Positions 1-8,249 of a stretch of DNA of 64,000 nucleotides are shown piece by piece. The notes beneath the pieces are model-generated. The model searched no databases and was not told where the DNA came from. It saw only the letters and a program-made list of their open reading frames with translations. This DNA comes from an uncultured delta proteobacterium (GTDB lineage Bacteria; Myxococcota_A; Polyangia; Polyangiales; Polyangiaceae), in contig CAWDXG010000004.1 of assembly GCA_963806225.1 (NCBI GenBank), positions 3,584,001 to 3,648,000 on the forward strand, in the 5' to 3' direction. The translations under genes and the position numbers were made by a program. Position 1 is the stretch's first letter. Each line of letters starts with the position of its first letter.

Positions 1-827
1 TCGTCGGCCTTGACCACCAGCACGTTGGTGAGCCAGTCGGGCGCCTCGCGCAGCGAATCGAGCCACGCAGCGTACTTCGGCTGGGGTCCACCCGCCGCAG
101 CCTTCCCGAGCGCCGCCGTCAGGGTCGACTGGCCCGCCGGAGCGGTCTTGAACCAGACCGCGACCGCGACGATGGCCGGCAGGAGCGGCAGCCAGCGTCT
201 GGCAGTGCTCCAGAGGGCCTCGCGCCGGAACGCCATGCGGTCGAACGCTTCCACACCGACAAGCGCCGCGCCGAGACCGAGAAAACCGAACGGCACGACG
301 TGCGTGTAGAACGTGACCACGATCACAACGGCGAGCAGCACGGCGCGGCGCAAGGACCAGCGAAGTCGCAGATTGACCGCGAGCGCCAGACCGGCGAGCG
401 ACAGCGGGATCGCGGCGATGAAATTCAGGAAGCCGAGAACCAGATGTGCGTTCCAGGTCAGCGGCAGCACGAACAGCGCCAGCCGCTCGTCGCGACCGAG
501 CGCGCGGAGAAGCGCGCGCATTGCATACGGCGTAGCGATGATCGCCGCGCTGACGAGCAACTTGTTCGCGACGATCACGCCGGACAGGTACGCGAGCAGA
601 TCCGCGGCGAGGTAGTAGGCGAGGTATTGGGTGCGCCCCAGGTGCAGCTCGAAGTAACGGGCGAAGTGCAGCGCCGGGTCGTGGAAGTCGTGCAGCACGC
701 GGATCGCCGCAAGGTGCTGGGGCAGATCCTCGATGGGCGGGTGCTGGACGAGCCACAGAGGCACGGCGGCCAGCACCGCGAGAGCGGCGAAGACCAGATC
801 GAACAGCACGCCGGGGCGACGGGTCAC
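1..827 (-). CDS. Polytopic membrane protein, putative GT-C-fold glycosyltransferase (3' end runs off the window; absent from the ORF track)
   Basis: Manual translation from GTG at 827 gives MTRRPGVLFDLVFAALAVLAAVPLWLVQHPPIEDLPQHLAAIRVLHDFHDPALHFARYFELHLGRTQYLAYY. This matches the N-terminus of 4231..5835 (FPPMTDLPFHAAQMSVFRHYDDPAWHFQEQFTLH). Confidence 0.75.
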   Translation of the reverse strand, partial: MTRRPGVLFDLVFAALAVLAAVPLWLVQHPPIEDLPQHLAAIRVLHDFHDPALHFARYFELHLGRTQYLAYYLAADLLAYLSGVIVANKLLVSAAIIATPYAMRALLRALGRDERLALFVLPLTWNAHLVLGFLNFIAAIPLSLAGLALAVNLRLRWSLRRAVLLAVVIVVTFYTHVVPFGFLGLGAALVGVEAFDRMAFRREALWSTARRWLPLLPAIVAVAVWFKTAPAGQSTLTAALGKAAAGGPQPKYAAWLDSLREAPDWLTNVLVVKAD

Positions 828-895
828 GGGAGGGGCAAGAGCCTAACAGGCCGAAAGACGCCGCGCGCCCCGATCCCTCCGTTGCAGCATGGGGG

Positions 896-1501
896 TCAGG
901 TGCCCAGCGCCGCCACCAGCTCGCCGAGCACGCCGCTTCCGTCACGGAACACGGGCCAACCATCGCCCACCAGCACCGCGTCGAACGGCCCCTGCCGCGA
1001 CAGCCGCCGCACCGAGTCGCGCGCGCGCCCGGGGTCGGCGAGCTTCTGCTCCGGCAGGAGCGTCAGCCGCCCGGCGTCGTGCGAGCGCACCAGATCCCCG
1101 GTCAGCAGCGTGGTGTCGTCGATCACGAGCGCAAGCTCGCCCGGCGTCTTGGAGCCCTCGAGCTCGAACACCGTGAGCCCCGGAACCGGCTCGTCGCCGT
1201 CGCCGAGCCACAGGTCGCACTTCACCGGGAAGCTCTCCCGTTCGGCTCGCGGCCCGGCCATCCGTGCTCCCGTGCGCTCGGCGATCGCCGCGGCGGCGCG
1301 CACATGGTCGGAGTTCGTGATCACGATCAGCGCCGCGCCGCCCAGGCGGTCGAGGTGCTCGGCGTCGTGGTCCGACAGCGGCAGCGGGTCGAACAGGACG
1401 TTGTCGCCGCCACGCACCCACAGCACGCTGTGGAAATCGATGTCGCGTGCCTCGTCGAAAACGGACCAGCCGTACAGGTCGAGGCGGTGCAGCTTCTTCA
1501 T
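896..1501 (-). CDS. Metallo-beta-lactamase-fold protein
   Basis: C-terminal part of track ORF 896..2359, from ATG (MKKLHRLDLYGWS). Shows LFDP, ITNSDHVR, KTPGE, LTGDLV and VLVGDG, a degenerate MBL motif set. Confidence 0.75.
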   Translation of the reverse strand: MKKLHRLDLYGWSVFDEARDIDFHSVLWVRGGDNVLFDPLPLSDHDAEHLDRLGGAALIVITNSDHVRAAAAIAERTGARMAGPRAERESFPVKCDLWLGDGDEPVPGLTVFELEGSKTPGELALVIDDTTLLTGDLVRSHDAGRLTLLPEQKLADPGRARDSVRRLSRQGPFDAVLVGDGWPVFRDGSGVLGELVAALGT

Positions 1502-1533
1502 GACCCAGCGGTAGCGCCGGGCCCGGGGGTGCG

Positions 1534-3246
1534 TCAACCGCCGCCGCCGGCCGGAAGCGGCCGCGCGAAGATCCAGATCACGGGCACGCCGTCGTACACG
1601 CCCATGTGCGCCGGCACGTCGGTGCCGTAGTCCACCCACACCTGGTATTCGACGCGCTCCATGTGCGGCTCGTGATGGTAGAGCGCGGTGCTGGACGCTT
1701 CGATGTCCAGCGTCGGGCGGATGTCGCTGCGCACGCGGCCATCCGCGCGCAGCATGTCCCAGCTCTGCATCGCGGTGTCGTGCAGGAAGAGAGCGCCGTT
1801 CCTCGGCACATGCTCGTTCAGGTAGCCGGCCTCCGCGCCGGTCGTGTAGCCCCAGAAGGTGCGGTTCAGGCCCAGCGTGGCCGCGCCCGGTGCGCCGCCG
1901 ACCAGTGGTGTGTAGGCCGAAAGCCCCCACGGCTGCGAGTGCAGCGTTATCGCGATCGGCGCCGCGAGCACGCTCGCCCCCAGGACGACCTCGGTGGCGC
2001 GCGAGCGCACGAAGCCGGGGCCGAACCGCTGTCGTCCGAGCTCGCGGAGCCTGTCGAGCGTGAGCGAGAAGCCGCGCGCCGCGAACAGACACATGAACGG
2101 ATACGCCGTGATCCAGTGCTTGGTCCCGCCGAAGATCGGCGTGTGATGGGAGAGCCAGGGCGCATAGCTCATGAAGATCGAAAGCGCCCAGAGCACGTCG
2201 TTCGAATAGCGGCGGGGATCGCGCGTGTGCGGCTCGAGCCCGATGCTGCGCCCCAGCGCACCGAGCTTTCCGCCGTACGCGTACAGGAGGCTCGCCACGA
2301 GCCCGACCCCGAACAGAAGCAGCGTGGTCCCCGGCACCGTAGCCAGCGTCATCACCCACGGGTAGCCCAGCGGCATCGGCGGCTTCCAGTACGTGCGACC
2401 GAGGAACTCCATGTTGTAGTAGACGTGGCCCATGTGGAAGGCCACGTAGGCCGCCAGCCGCTTGCCGGTGTCATGCCAGATCCAGGGCCAGCCCAGGTAG
2501 AAGACAGCCGGCCCGATCGTCGCCATGGCAAACAGGGCGCTGGGCACGGGAATACGCCCTGCACGCAGATCCCGCCACAACTTGCCGCCCCGCGTGATGA
2601 CGAGATGCGCGATCAGGGCAAACGGCAGGAGCCACGAGTTGTGCTTCGTGTCGAGCAGAAGGCCGTACAGGATGCCCGTCGCGATCGGCCACGCCCAGCC
2701 GCCGCGCTCGAGCGAGCGCCAGTAGGCGTAGACCGTCACCAGCCACATCGACGCCACCGGCATGTCGAAGCAATCGAGATGCGAATGGTAGAAGACGCGC
2801 GGCATCATCGCGAGCAGCACGGCGGCGACCAGGCCCGCAAGCCTTCCAATCGCTTTCTGCCCCCACAGATAGGTGGTGGATACCGCCAGCGAGCTGACCA
2901 CCATGCCGGCAAAGCGCATGGAGGTGCCCTCCTCCGAAAACCAGTGCCAGTGTCGGTACAGGTACTTGTGCGACAGGGCGAACAGCGACTTCATCAGCGC
3001 CGGGTGCTCGTGGTTCGCCGACCAGTAGCGATCCACCGTGATCTGCTCGAGCGCCTGCTTGGGGTGCGTCGTCAGGAGGTCGAACCAGGCCCCGTAGCTC
3101 TTCGCCGCCTGGAAGTAGAACCCCTCGTCGCGCGCATAGCCGAGGTTCTTCACCGTCGAAAGGAGCAGCCACACGTAGGCCGCGCCGAGCGAGAGCGCGA
3201 TCAGCGGATCGATCGCCTTGGACAGGAAGCGTCGCGTGCGACTCAT
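1534..3246 (-). CDS. GT-C (PMT/ArnT-like, GT39/83-type) membrane glycosyltransferase
   Basis: 570 aa with many TM segments. Acidic RDEGFY in the first loop, then HEHPALMK, DMPVA and TKHN, the usual PMT-like layout. Confidence 0.8.
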   Translation of the reverse strand: MSRTRRFLSKAIDPLIALSLGAAYVWLLLSTVKNLGYARDEGFYFQAAKSYGAWFDLLTTHPKQALEQITVDRYWSANHEHPALMKSLFALSHKYLYRHWHWFSEEGTSMRFAGMVVSSLAVSTTYLWGQKAIGRLAGLVAAVLLAMMPRVFYHSHLDCFDMPVASMWLVTVYAYWRSLERGGWAWPIATGILYGLLLDTKHNSWLLPFALIAHLVITRGGKLWRDLRAGRIPVPSALFAMATIGPAVFYLGWPWIWHDTGKRLAAYVAFHMGHVYYNMEFLGRTYWKPPMPLGYPWVMTLATVPGTTLLLFGVGLVASLLYAYGGKLGALGRSIGLEPHTRDPRRYSNDVLWALSIFMSYAPWLSHHTPIFGGTKHWITAYPFMCLFAARGFSLTLDRLRELGRQRFGPGFVRSRATEVVLGASVLAAPIAITLHSQPWGLSAYTPLVGGAPGAATLGLNRTFWGYTTGAEAGYLNEHVPRNGALFLHDTAMQSWDMLRADGRVRSDIRPTLDIEASSTALYHHEPHMERVEYQVWVDYGTDVPAHMGVYDGVPVIWIFARPLPAGGGG

Positions 3247-4163
3247 CGTGTGTCCGCGTAGAAGCAGTAGCCGCGCTGATCGGGGTTATCGCTGCGCACC
3301 TCGAACTGGACGTCGGCGGTGTGACCGGCATGCGCGCCCGTCGACAGGTCGAAGCCTTTCCAGCCCTGCTGGTCGCGGTGCACGACGCGGCCGATGGTCT
3401 GGCCGTCGATCTTCACTGTCAGCTCGATCGGCGTGCCCGCCCCATCGCGCGTGAGCAGCCAGCTCAGCCCGCCGTAACCGTGGATGGTGCGGCCGACCGG
3501 CACGTTCCGGAAACGCACGACAGTCGGGCCGCCGGCGCCCGGGTGGGCCCAGATGCAGCGCCGCGGGCGGTAGTCCTGGTCGTCGATGATCGTGACGCCG
3601 ACGAACATGCTGTCACGCCGACCGCACTCGAAGCGGCGCGAAGGGAACGCCACGTGGCCGCCCAGCCCGCCGGTGCTGCGCCGCGCGCGGGGATTCCAGG
3701 AACACGTCCGCCGCGTCGCACCTAGCTGTTGGTAGGACTCGGCGTGCCCCGAGTCGACGTGGTCGACGAAGTTGAAGAGCACCTTCGCCGGCTTGGGGTT
3801 TTCCAGCACCCGGTAGTTGAAGCGCCCGGCTTGCTTCTCTTCCACGGTGCGCCAGCCCGAAAGCTCCGGCGCGTGCTGGCCGAGGATGCCGACTTCGATG
3901 GCCCGCCTGTACGCCGTATCGTCCGGACGCGCCTCGTCCCGCATCGGCATCAGTCCCTGGCCGAACGCAAGCCGCGCCAGCGGGTCGGCCCAGTGCGGCG
4001 CGACCACCACCAACTCGCCATGTCGCTTCAGCCCGGCCAGCGTCGCTCTCTGCGCCTGCCAGTCGCCCTGCCGCGGTGCACGCCCCGCAAAGTCGAAATG
4101 CCCCGCGAGCTCCGCCAGACCCAGAACGGGCACGGCCAGCCAGAGATAGCGCGCGGGAGGCAT
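3243..4163 (-). CDS. Hypothetical membrane-anchored/exported protein
   Basis: ATG at 4163 (MPPARYLWLAVPVLGL). N-terminal hydrophobic stretch, beta-rich C-terminus, 4-nt overlap with the downstream GT-C gene. Confidence 0.7.
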   Translation of the reverse strand: MPPARYLWLAVPVLGLAELAGHFDFAGRAPRQGDWQAQRATLAGLKRHGELVVVAPHWADPLARLAFGQGLMPMRDEARPDDTAYRRAIEVGILGQHAPELSGWRTVEEKQAGRFNYRVLENPKPAKVLFNFVDHVDSGHAESYQQLGATRRTCSWNPRARRSTGGLGGHVAFPSRRFECGRRDSMFVGVTIIDDQDYRPRRCIWAHPGAGGPTVVRFRNVPVGRTIHGYGGLSWLLTRDGAGTPIELTVKIDGQTIGRVVHRDQQGWKGFDLSTGAHAGHTADVQFEVRSDNPDQRGYCFYADTR

Positions 4164-4230
4164 CGGGGCCGAGCCTGCCACAATTCTGCACCGGGAATCA
4201 TTCCCGGGACGTGAGGTATAACCGCGGACC

Positions 4231-5835
4231 ATGCCGGGCCGGGTCCGCGCCGCACTCGCCGCTCTCCTGAGGAGCGCGCATGCCGACCCGATCAGGGCTC
4301 TGGGCTGGCTGGTGGCGGCGATCGCCACGGTCTACGTCGTGGTCTACCCGTTCGCGGTCGTCCACTTCCCGCCGATGACGGATCTGCCGTTCCACGCGGC
4401 GCAGATGTCCGTCTTCCGGCACTACGACGATCCGGCGTGGCACTTCCAGGAGCAGTTCACGCTGCACCCGCTCCAGGTGCCGTACATCAGCGCCTATCTG
4501 ATCGGCGCGGCGCTCTCCTTCATCATGCCCGTCACGTGGGCCGCCAAGGGCATGGCCATCAGCATGCTGCTGCTCCTGCCTGCGGGGCTGGCAGTGCTGT
4601 TCCACGGCATGAGGAAGAGTCCGCTGTGGGGCCTTGTGGGCCTGGGCTTCGTGTGGAGCAACATGTCGCACTTCGGCTTCCTCAACTTCGTCGGTGCGAC
4701 GGGGCTGTATGCCGCCTGCGTCGGCTGCACGCTGCTCGCGCTCGATCGCCCGTCGCGGCGCCACCAGATCGCGCTCGGTGTGGCGCTCGCCGCCCTGTTC
4801 TTCACGCACGTCTACCGATTTCCGTTCGCGCTTCTCGCCATCGTGGCCACCACCGCAGTGATGTACCCGGCCACACGCCGCGTCCGTCCGGTCGCCATCC
4901 CCTGGCTCTCGGCCACGGCCCTGTTCGGCGTGTGGATGCTCGCCCGTCCGCCCGCGCTCAGGGCGGGCCTGGGGCACCTGTCATTCCACACGGAACGTTT
5001 CCACGAGCTGCCGGGCTACCTGTTCAAGAACTATCGCGGCGCCACCGGCACCGAGGAGCGTCACATCGCTTTCGGCATGCTCGCGGTGTTCATCGCGCTG
5101 CTCCTGATCTCGGCGATCCTGGCGGTGCGGCGCTGGCGTGCGACTGAGCACGACGCCTCCGATCGCCGCTGGGCCGTCGGCGTCACCGTGCTCCCGCTTC
5201 TGCTCGCCGCCGGGCATCTGTTCGCCTATTTCGTGCTGCCGATGGGGATGGGCGTGTGGTGGTACATCTTCCCGCGCGAAGCGCTCGGCACGGCTTTCAT
5301 CCTGGTCGCGGTCGTGCCCGACCTCCCCTCGCAGCAGTGGCTGCGCCTCGGCGCCGTCACGGCCATCGCCTTCGCTACCGGCGACATGGGCTACCTCGTC
5401 GCGCGGCAGTGGCATGACTTCGACCAGCTCACCTGGGACTTCCGGGCGATCATGGCCGAGGTCCCGCCCGCGCCGAAGCTCTTCTATCTGGTCTACGACC
5501 ACAGCGGCACCGACCGCATCCGCTCACCCTTCACCCATCTGCCGGCCTGGGTGCAGGCGGAGAAGGGCGGCTGGCTGGGCTTCCATTTCGCGATGTGGGG
5601 CACCTACCCCGTCCGCTACCGCAAGGGCGGCGTGGTTCCGCCACGGGTCCCGGACGACTGGGAGTTCACGCCCCAGTACTTCCAGGTGAAGAAGCAGGGC
5701 GTCTGGTTCGACACCTTCCTGGTGCGACACCACATCGATCCCCACCAACTCTTCGATCCCGATCCCAGCATCCACCTCGTCGCCCAGCGCGGCACCTGGT
5801 GGCTGTACCGGCGGAAACGGCAACACGGCAGATAG
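4231..5835 (+). CDS. Polytopic membrane protein, putative GT-C-fold glycosyltransferase
   Basis: 534 aa, about 11 hydrophobic segments plus a soluble C-terminal domain. PPMTDLPFH loop after TM1. Paralog of 1..827. Confidence 0.7.
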   Translation: MPGRVRAALAALLRSAHADPIRALGWLVAAIATVYVVVYPFAVVHFPPMTDLPFHAAQMSVFRHYDDPAWHFQEQFTLHPLQVPYISAYLIGAALSFIMPVTWAAKGMAISMLLLLPAGLAVLFHGMRKSPLWGLVGLGFVWSNMSHFGFLNFVGATGLYAACVGCTLLALDRPSRRHQIALGVALAALFFTHVYRFPFALLAIVATTAVMYPATRRVRPVAIPWLSATALFGVWMLARPPALRAGLGHLSFHTERFHELPGYLFKNYRGATGTEERHIAFGMLAVFIALLLISAILAVRRWRATEHDASDRRWAVGVTVLPLLLAAGHLFAYFVLPMGMGVWWYIFPREALGTAFILVAVVPDLPSQQWLRLGAVTAIAFATGDMGYLVARQWHDFDQLTWDFRAIMAEVPPAPKLFYLVYDHSGTDRIRSPFTHLPAWVQAEKGGWLGFHFAMWGTYPVRYRKGGVVPPRVPDDWEFTPQYFQVKKQGVWFDTFLVRHHIDPHQLFDPDPSIHLVAQRGTWWLYRRKRQHGR

Positions 5836-5971
5836 CCGACCGCCCGGGCGCAGCCGCTGCACCCCGCCCAGGGCGCGAACGAAGCGGATGCGCAGCGCGG
5901 ACGGGCAAGTGCGCGACCTTGCAGGGCCGGCACGCGCCATGCACCGCACTGCCCGACCAGAAGGGGGACCC

Positions 5972-6217
5972 ATGCGATACGACGAACTCACCGTGCGCGT
6001 GGTGCAGGCCGGGCTGGGCGTGGTCACCTCGCCGGAGGACAGCGCCGGGGTCGACGGCGGCAGGGGCGGCAACCCGTTCAAGCCGGTCAGAACCAGCCCG
6101 GAGCCCGACGCCGGCGCGCTGGAGCCGCCCGCGGCTCGAGTGAATCCCGGCGTCACACAGGCATCACGCCTTCCGGAGGCTCCGCTGCTCCTGAGCCGAC
6201 CCAATCGCTGTGGATAA
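5972..6217 (+). CDS. Small hypothetical protein (81 aa)
   Basis: ATG preceded by purine-rich AGAAGGGGG. Sequence MRYDELTVRVVQAGLGVVTSPEDSAG with GC-rich third positions in the first two thirds. Confidence 0.35.
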   Translation: MRYDELTVRVVQAGLGVVTSPEDSAGVDGGRGGNPFKPVRTSPEPDAGALEPPAARVNPGVTQASRLPEAPLLLSRPNRCG

Positions 6218-6228
6218 CTTGCGGATAG
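6209..6228. promoter_or_regulatory. Tandem DnaA-box-like sites
   Basis: TGTGGATAA (6209-6217) is the exact reverse complement of TTATCCACA. TGCGGATAG (6220-6228) is a 2-mismatch copy. Confidence 0.4.
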
Positions 6229-6399
6229 ATTCGAGTGTGCGTACAGATGAGAAGCACGCCCTCCGGCCCCCGCCCGGCTCGCGTCCCAACCCAAATCGCG
6301 CCTTTTCTGGATTTCGTTACTGCAGTACTGAAATTTCAGATCTGAAAGATTGTGGCGCTTGATTGCAGTCAAGTGCCTGACGCAGCGCGTGATCCGGTA

Positions 6400-6415
6400 T
6401 GGAACGGGTCCTGCA
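6400..6415 (+). promoter_or_regulatory. Sigma54 (-24/-12) promoter
   Basis: TGGAACGGGTCCTGCA has GG(6401-2)-N10-GC(6413-4) and is close to the consensus TGGCACG-N4-TTGCW. Confidence 0.65.
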
Positions 6416-6419
6416 CCAT

Positions 6420-6530
6420 CAGTGGCTGGTGGTAGCCAAGGAAGGCTCAAGAGCTGACCAGCTACTGCCGAAATCTCCGCACAGCGGTTACGACGTTCCC
6501 CCCCCTCCGTCGTAGCCGCTGTGTTTTTTT
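6420..6530 (+). ncRNA. Candidate structured small RNA (Pxr-like architecture)
   Basis: Lies between the sigma54 motif and an intrinsic terminator. Stem CAGTGGCTGGT (6420-30) pairs with ACCAGCTACTG (6457-67). The second stem has a C8 loop. No plausible ORF. Confidence 0.6.
6479..6530 (+). terminator. Rho-independent terminator with C-rich loop
   Basis: 17-bp stem GCACAGCGGTTACGACG / CGTCGTAGCCGCTGTGT (two G-U pairs), loop TTCCCCCCCCTC, then a T7 run (6524-6530). Confidence 0.85.
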
Positions 6531-6631
6531 GTGCTCCGGCTGGGCAACGGGAAGGCCGGATGTCACTTTTTGCCCTCGCCGGATGCGACGCCGGGTAGGT
6601 TTCCGCCCGCGTCGCGCCGTGCCGCGCGCCC

Positions 6632-7234
6632 ATGGCCATGAGCTACGCAGAACAGTACTTCGCCGAAGCCACCCGCATCCTCGAACAGCTCGACGCGAAC
6701 GGCGTGGAGCAGCTGGTCGCGTTGCTCGCCCAGCTGCGCGACCGCGGCGGGCGCCTGTTCATCCTGGGTGTCGGCGGCGGCGCCGGACACGCCTCCCACG
6801 CGGTCAACGACTTCCGGAAGATCTGCGGCATCGAGGCCTACACGCCGACGGACAACGTCTCGGAGCTGACCGCGCGCGTGAACGACGACGGTTGGGAGTC
6901 CAGCTTCAGCGAATGGCTCAAGGTCAGCCGCCTCGCACAGAAGGACATGTTGCTCGTGTTTTCGGTCGGCGGCGGCAACCTGGAGAAGAACGTGAGCGCA
7001 AACCTCGTGCGCGCGCTGGGGCTCGCCAAGGAGGTGGGCGCGAGCGTGGGCGGCGTGGTGGGCCGCGACGGCGGCTACACCGCCAAGGTCGCCGACGCTT
7101 GTGTGGTCGTGCCCACGGTGAATGCCGAATCGGTGACGCCGCATACCGAAGCATTCCAGGCCGTAGTCTGGCACCTGATGGTCTCCCACCCGTCGCTGCA
7201 GAAGAACGCGATGAAGTGGGAAAGCGTCAAGTAG
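6632..7234 (+). CDS. gmhA: SIS-domain sugar isomerase, phosphoheptose isomerase (GmhA)-like
   Basis: 200 aa. LFILGVGGGAGHASHAVNDF, TARVNDDGW, DMLLVFSVGGG, GRDGG. Motifs diverge from canonical GmhA, but hddA and hddC lie nearby. Confidence 0.7.
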   Translation: MAMSYAEQYFAEATRILEQLDANGVEQLVALLAQLRDRGGRLFILGVGGGAGHASHAVNDFRKICGIEAYTPTDNVSELTARVNDDGWESSFSEWLKVSRLAQKDMLLVFSVGGGNLEKNVSANLVRALGLAKEVGASVGGVVGRDGGYTAKVADACVVVPTVNAESVTPHTEAFQAVVWHLMVSHPSLQKNAMKWESVK

Positions 7235-7283
7235 GGCGGACGTTCTTGCCAAATCGACGACGCCGGATCACGATGCCGGCGTC

Positions 7284-8249
7284 ATGAGCAACGACGGCGG
7301 GCAGACGCGCTACTTCGTCGCAGGCGGCGCCGGCTTCATCGGCAGCCACCTGGTCGACAGGCTGGTCGAGCGCGGACCGGTGACGGTCTACGACAACCTG
7401 AGCATCGGCAAGCGCGAGTTCATCGGCAAGCATCTCGAGTCCGGTGCCTGCAAGCTGGTCGTCGACGAGCTTTCGGATCTGGATGCCGTGACCGAAGCGA
7501 TGCGGGATCACGACGTCGTGTTCCATCTCGCCGCCAATCCCGAGGCGCGCTGGGGGCTGGACAACCCCCGGCTCGATCTCGAACAGGGCACAATCGCGAC
7601 CTGGAACGTGCTCGAGGCCATGCACCGCACGAAGACGCCGCGCCTGGTGTTCTCCTCGTCGGGCACCATGTACGGCGACACGGCCGCTTTCTGCGCGGAG
7701 ATGGACCTCGGGCACCTGCCGATCTCGCTCTACGGGGCCAGCAAGTTCGCGGGCGAAGCGCTGGTGAGCGCCTATTCGGAGTGTTTCGGCGTCCAGGGCT
7801 ACATCTACCGCTTCGGCAACGTGGTGGGGCCGCGAGGCACACACGGTGCTGCGCTCGACTTCCTGAAAAAGCTTCAGGCGACGGAAGGCCGCGAGCTGGA
7901 AGTGCTGGGCGACGGCAGCCAGGCCAAGCCCTACGTTTTCGTGACGGACTGCGTGGACGCGATGCTGTTCGGGCTCGACAACGCGAACGAGCGGCTCAAC
8001 GTGTTCAACATCGCGCCGCCGGACTACACGTCTGTGCGCCGCATCGCCGAGCTGTGTGTGGCCCTGTCGCCCTACCGCGACGCCCAGATCCGCTACACCG
8101 GAGGCACGCGGGGCTGGCCGGGGGACGTGCCGCAGTCGCGAATCGATCCCGGCAAGCTCGCGGACCTGGGCTGGCGCGTATCGAAGACCAGCGACGAGGC
8201 CGTGGAGGCGGCGATCAAGGCGCTGGTCCGCGAGGTATTTCCAGCCTAG
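7284..8249 (+). CDS. NAD-dependent NDP-sugar epimerase/dehydratase (extended SDR)
   Basis: GGAGFIGSH, FHLAAN, FSSS, YGASK, RFGNVVG, GDGSQ. Confidence 0.92.
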   Translation: MSNDGGQTRYFVAGGAGFIGSHLVDRLVERGPVTVYDNLSIGKREFIGKHLESGACKLVVDELSDLDAVTEAMRDHDVVFHLAANPEARWGLDNPRLDLEQGTIATWNVLEAMHRTKTPRLVFSSSGTMYGDTAAFCAEMDLGHLPISLYGASKFAGEALVSAYSECFGVQGYIYRFGNVVGPRGTHGAALDFLKKLQATEGRELEVLGDGSQAKPYVFVTDCVDAMLFGLDNANERLNVFNIAPPDYTSVRRIAELCVALSPYRDAQIRYTGGTRGWPGDVPQSRIDPGKLADLGWRVSKTSDEAVEAAIKALVREVFPA

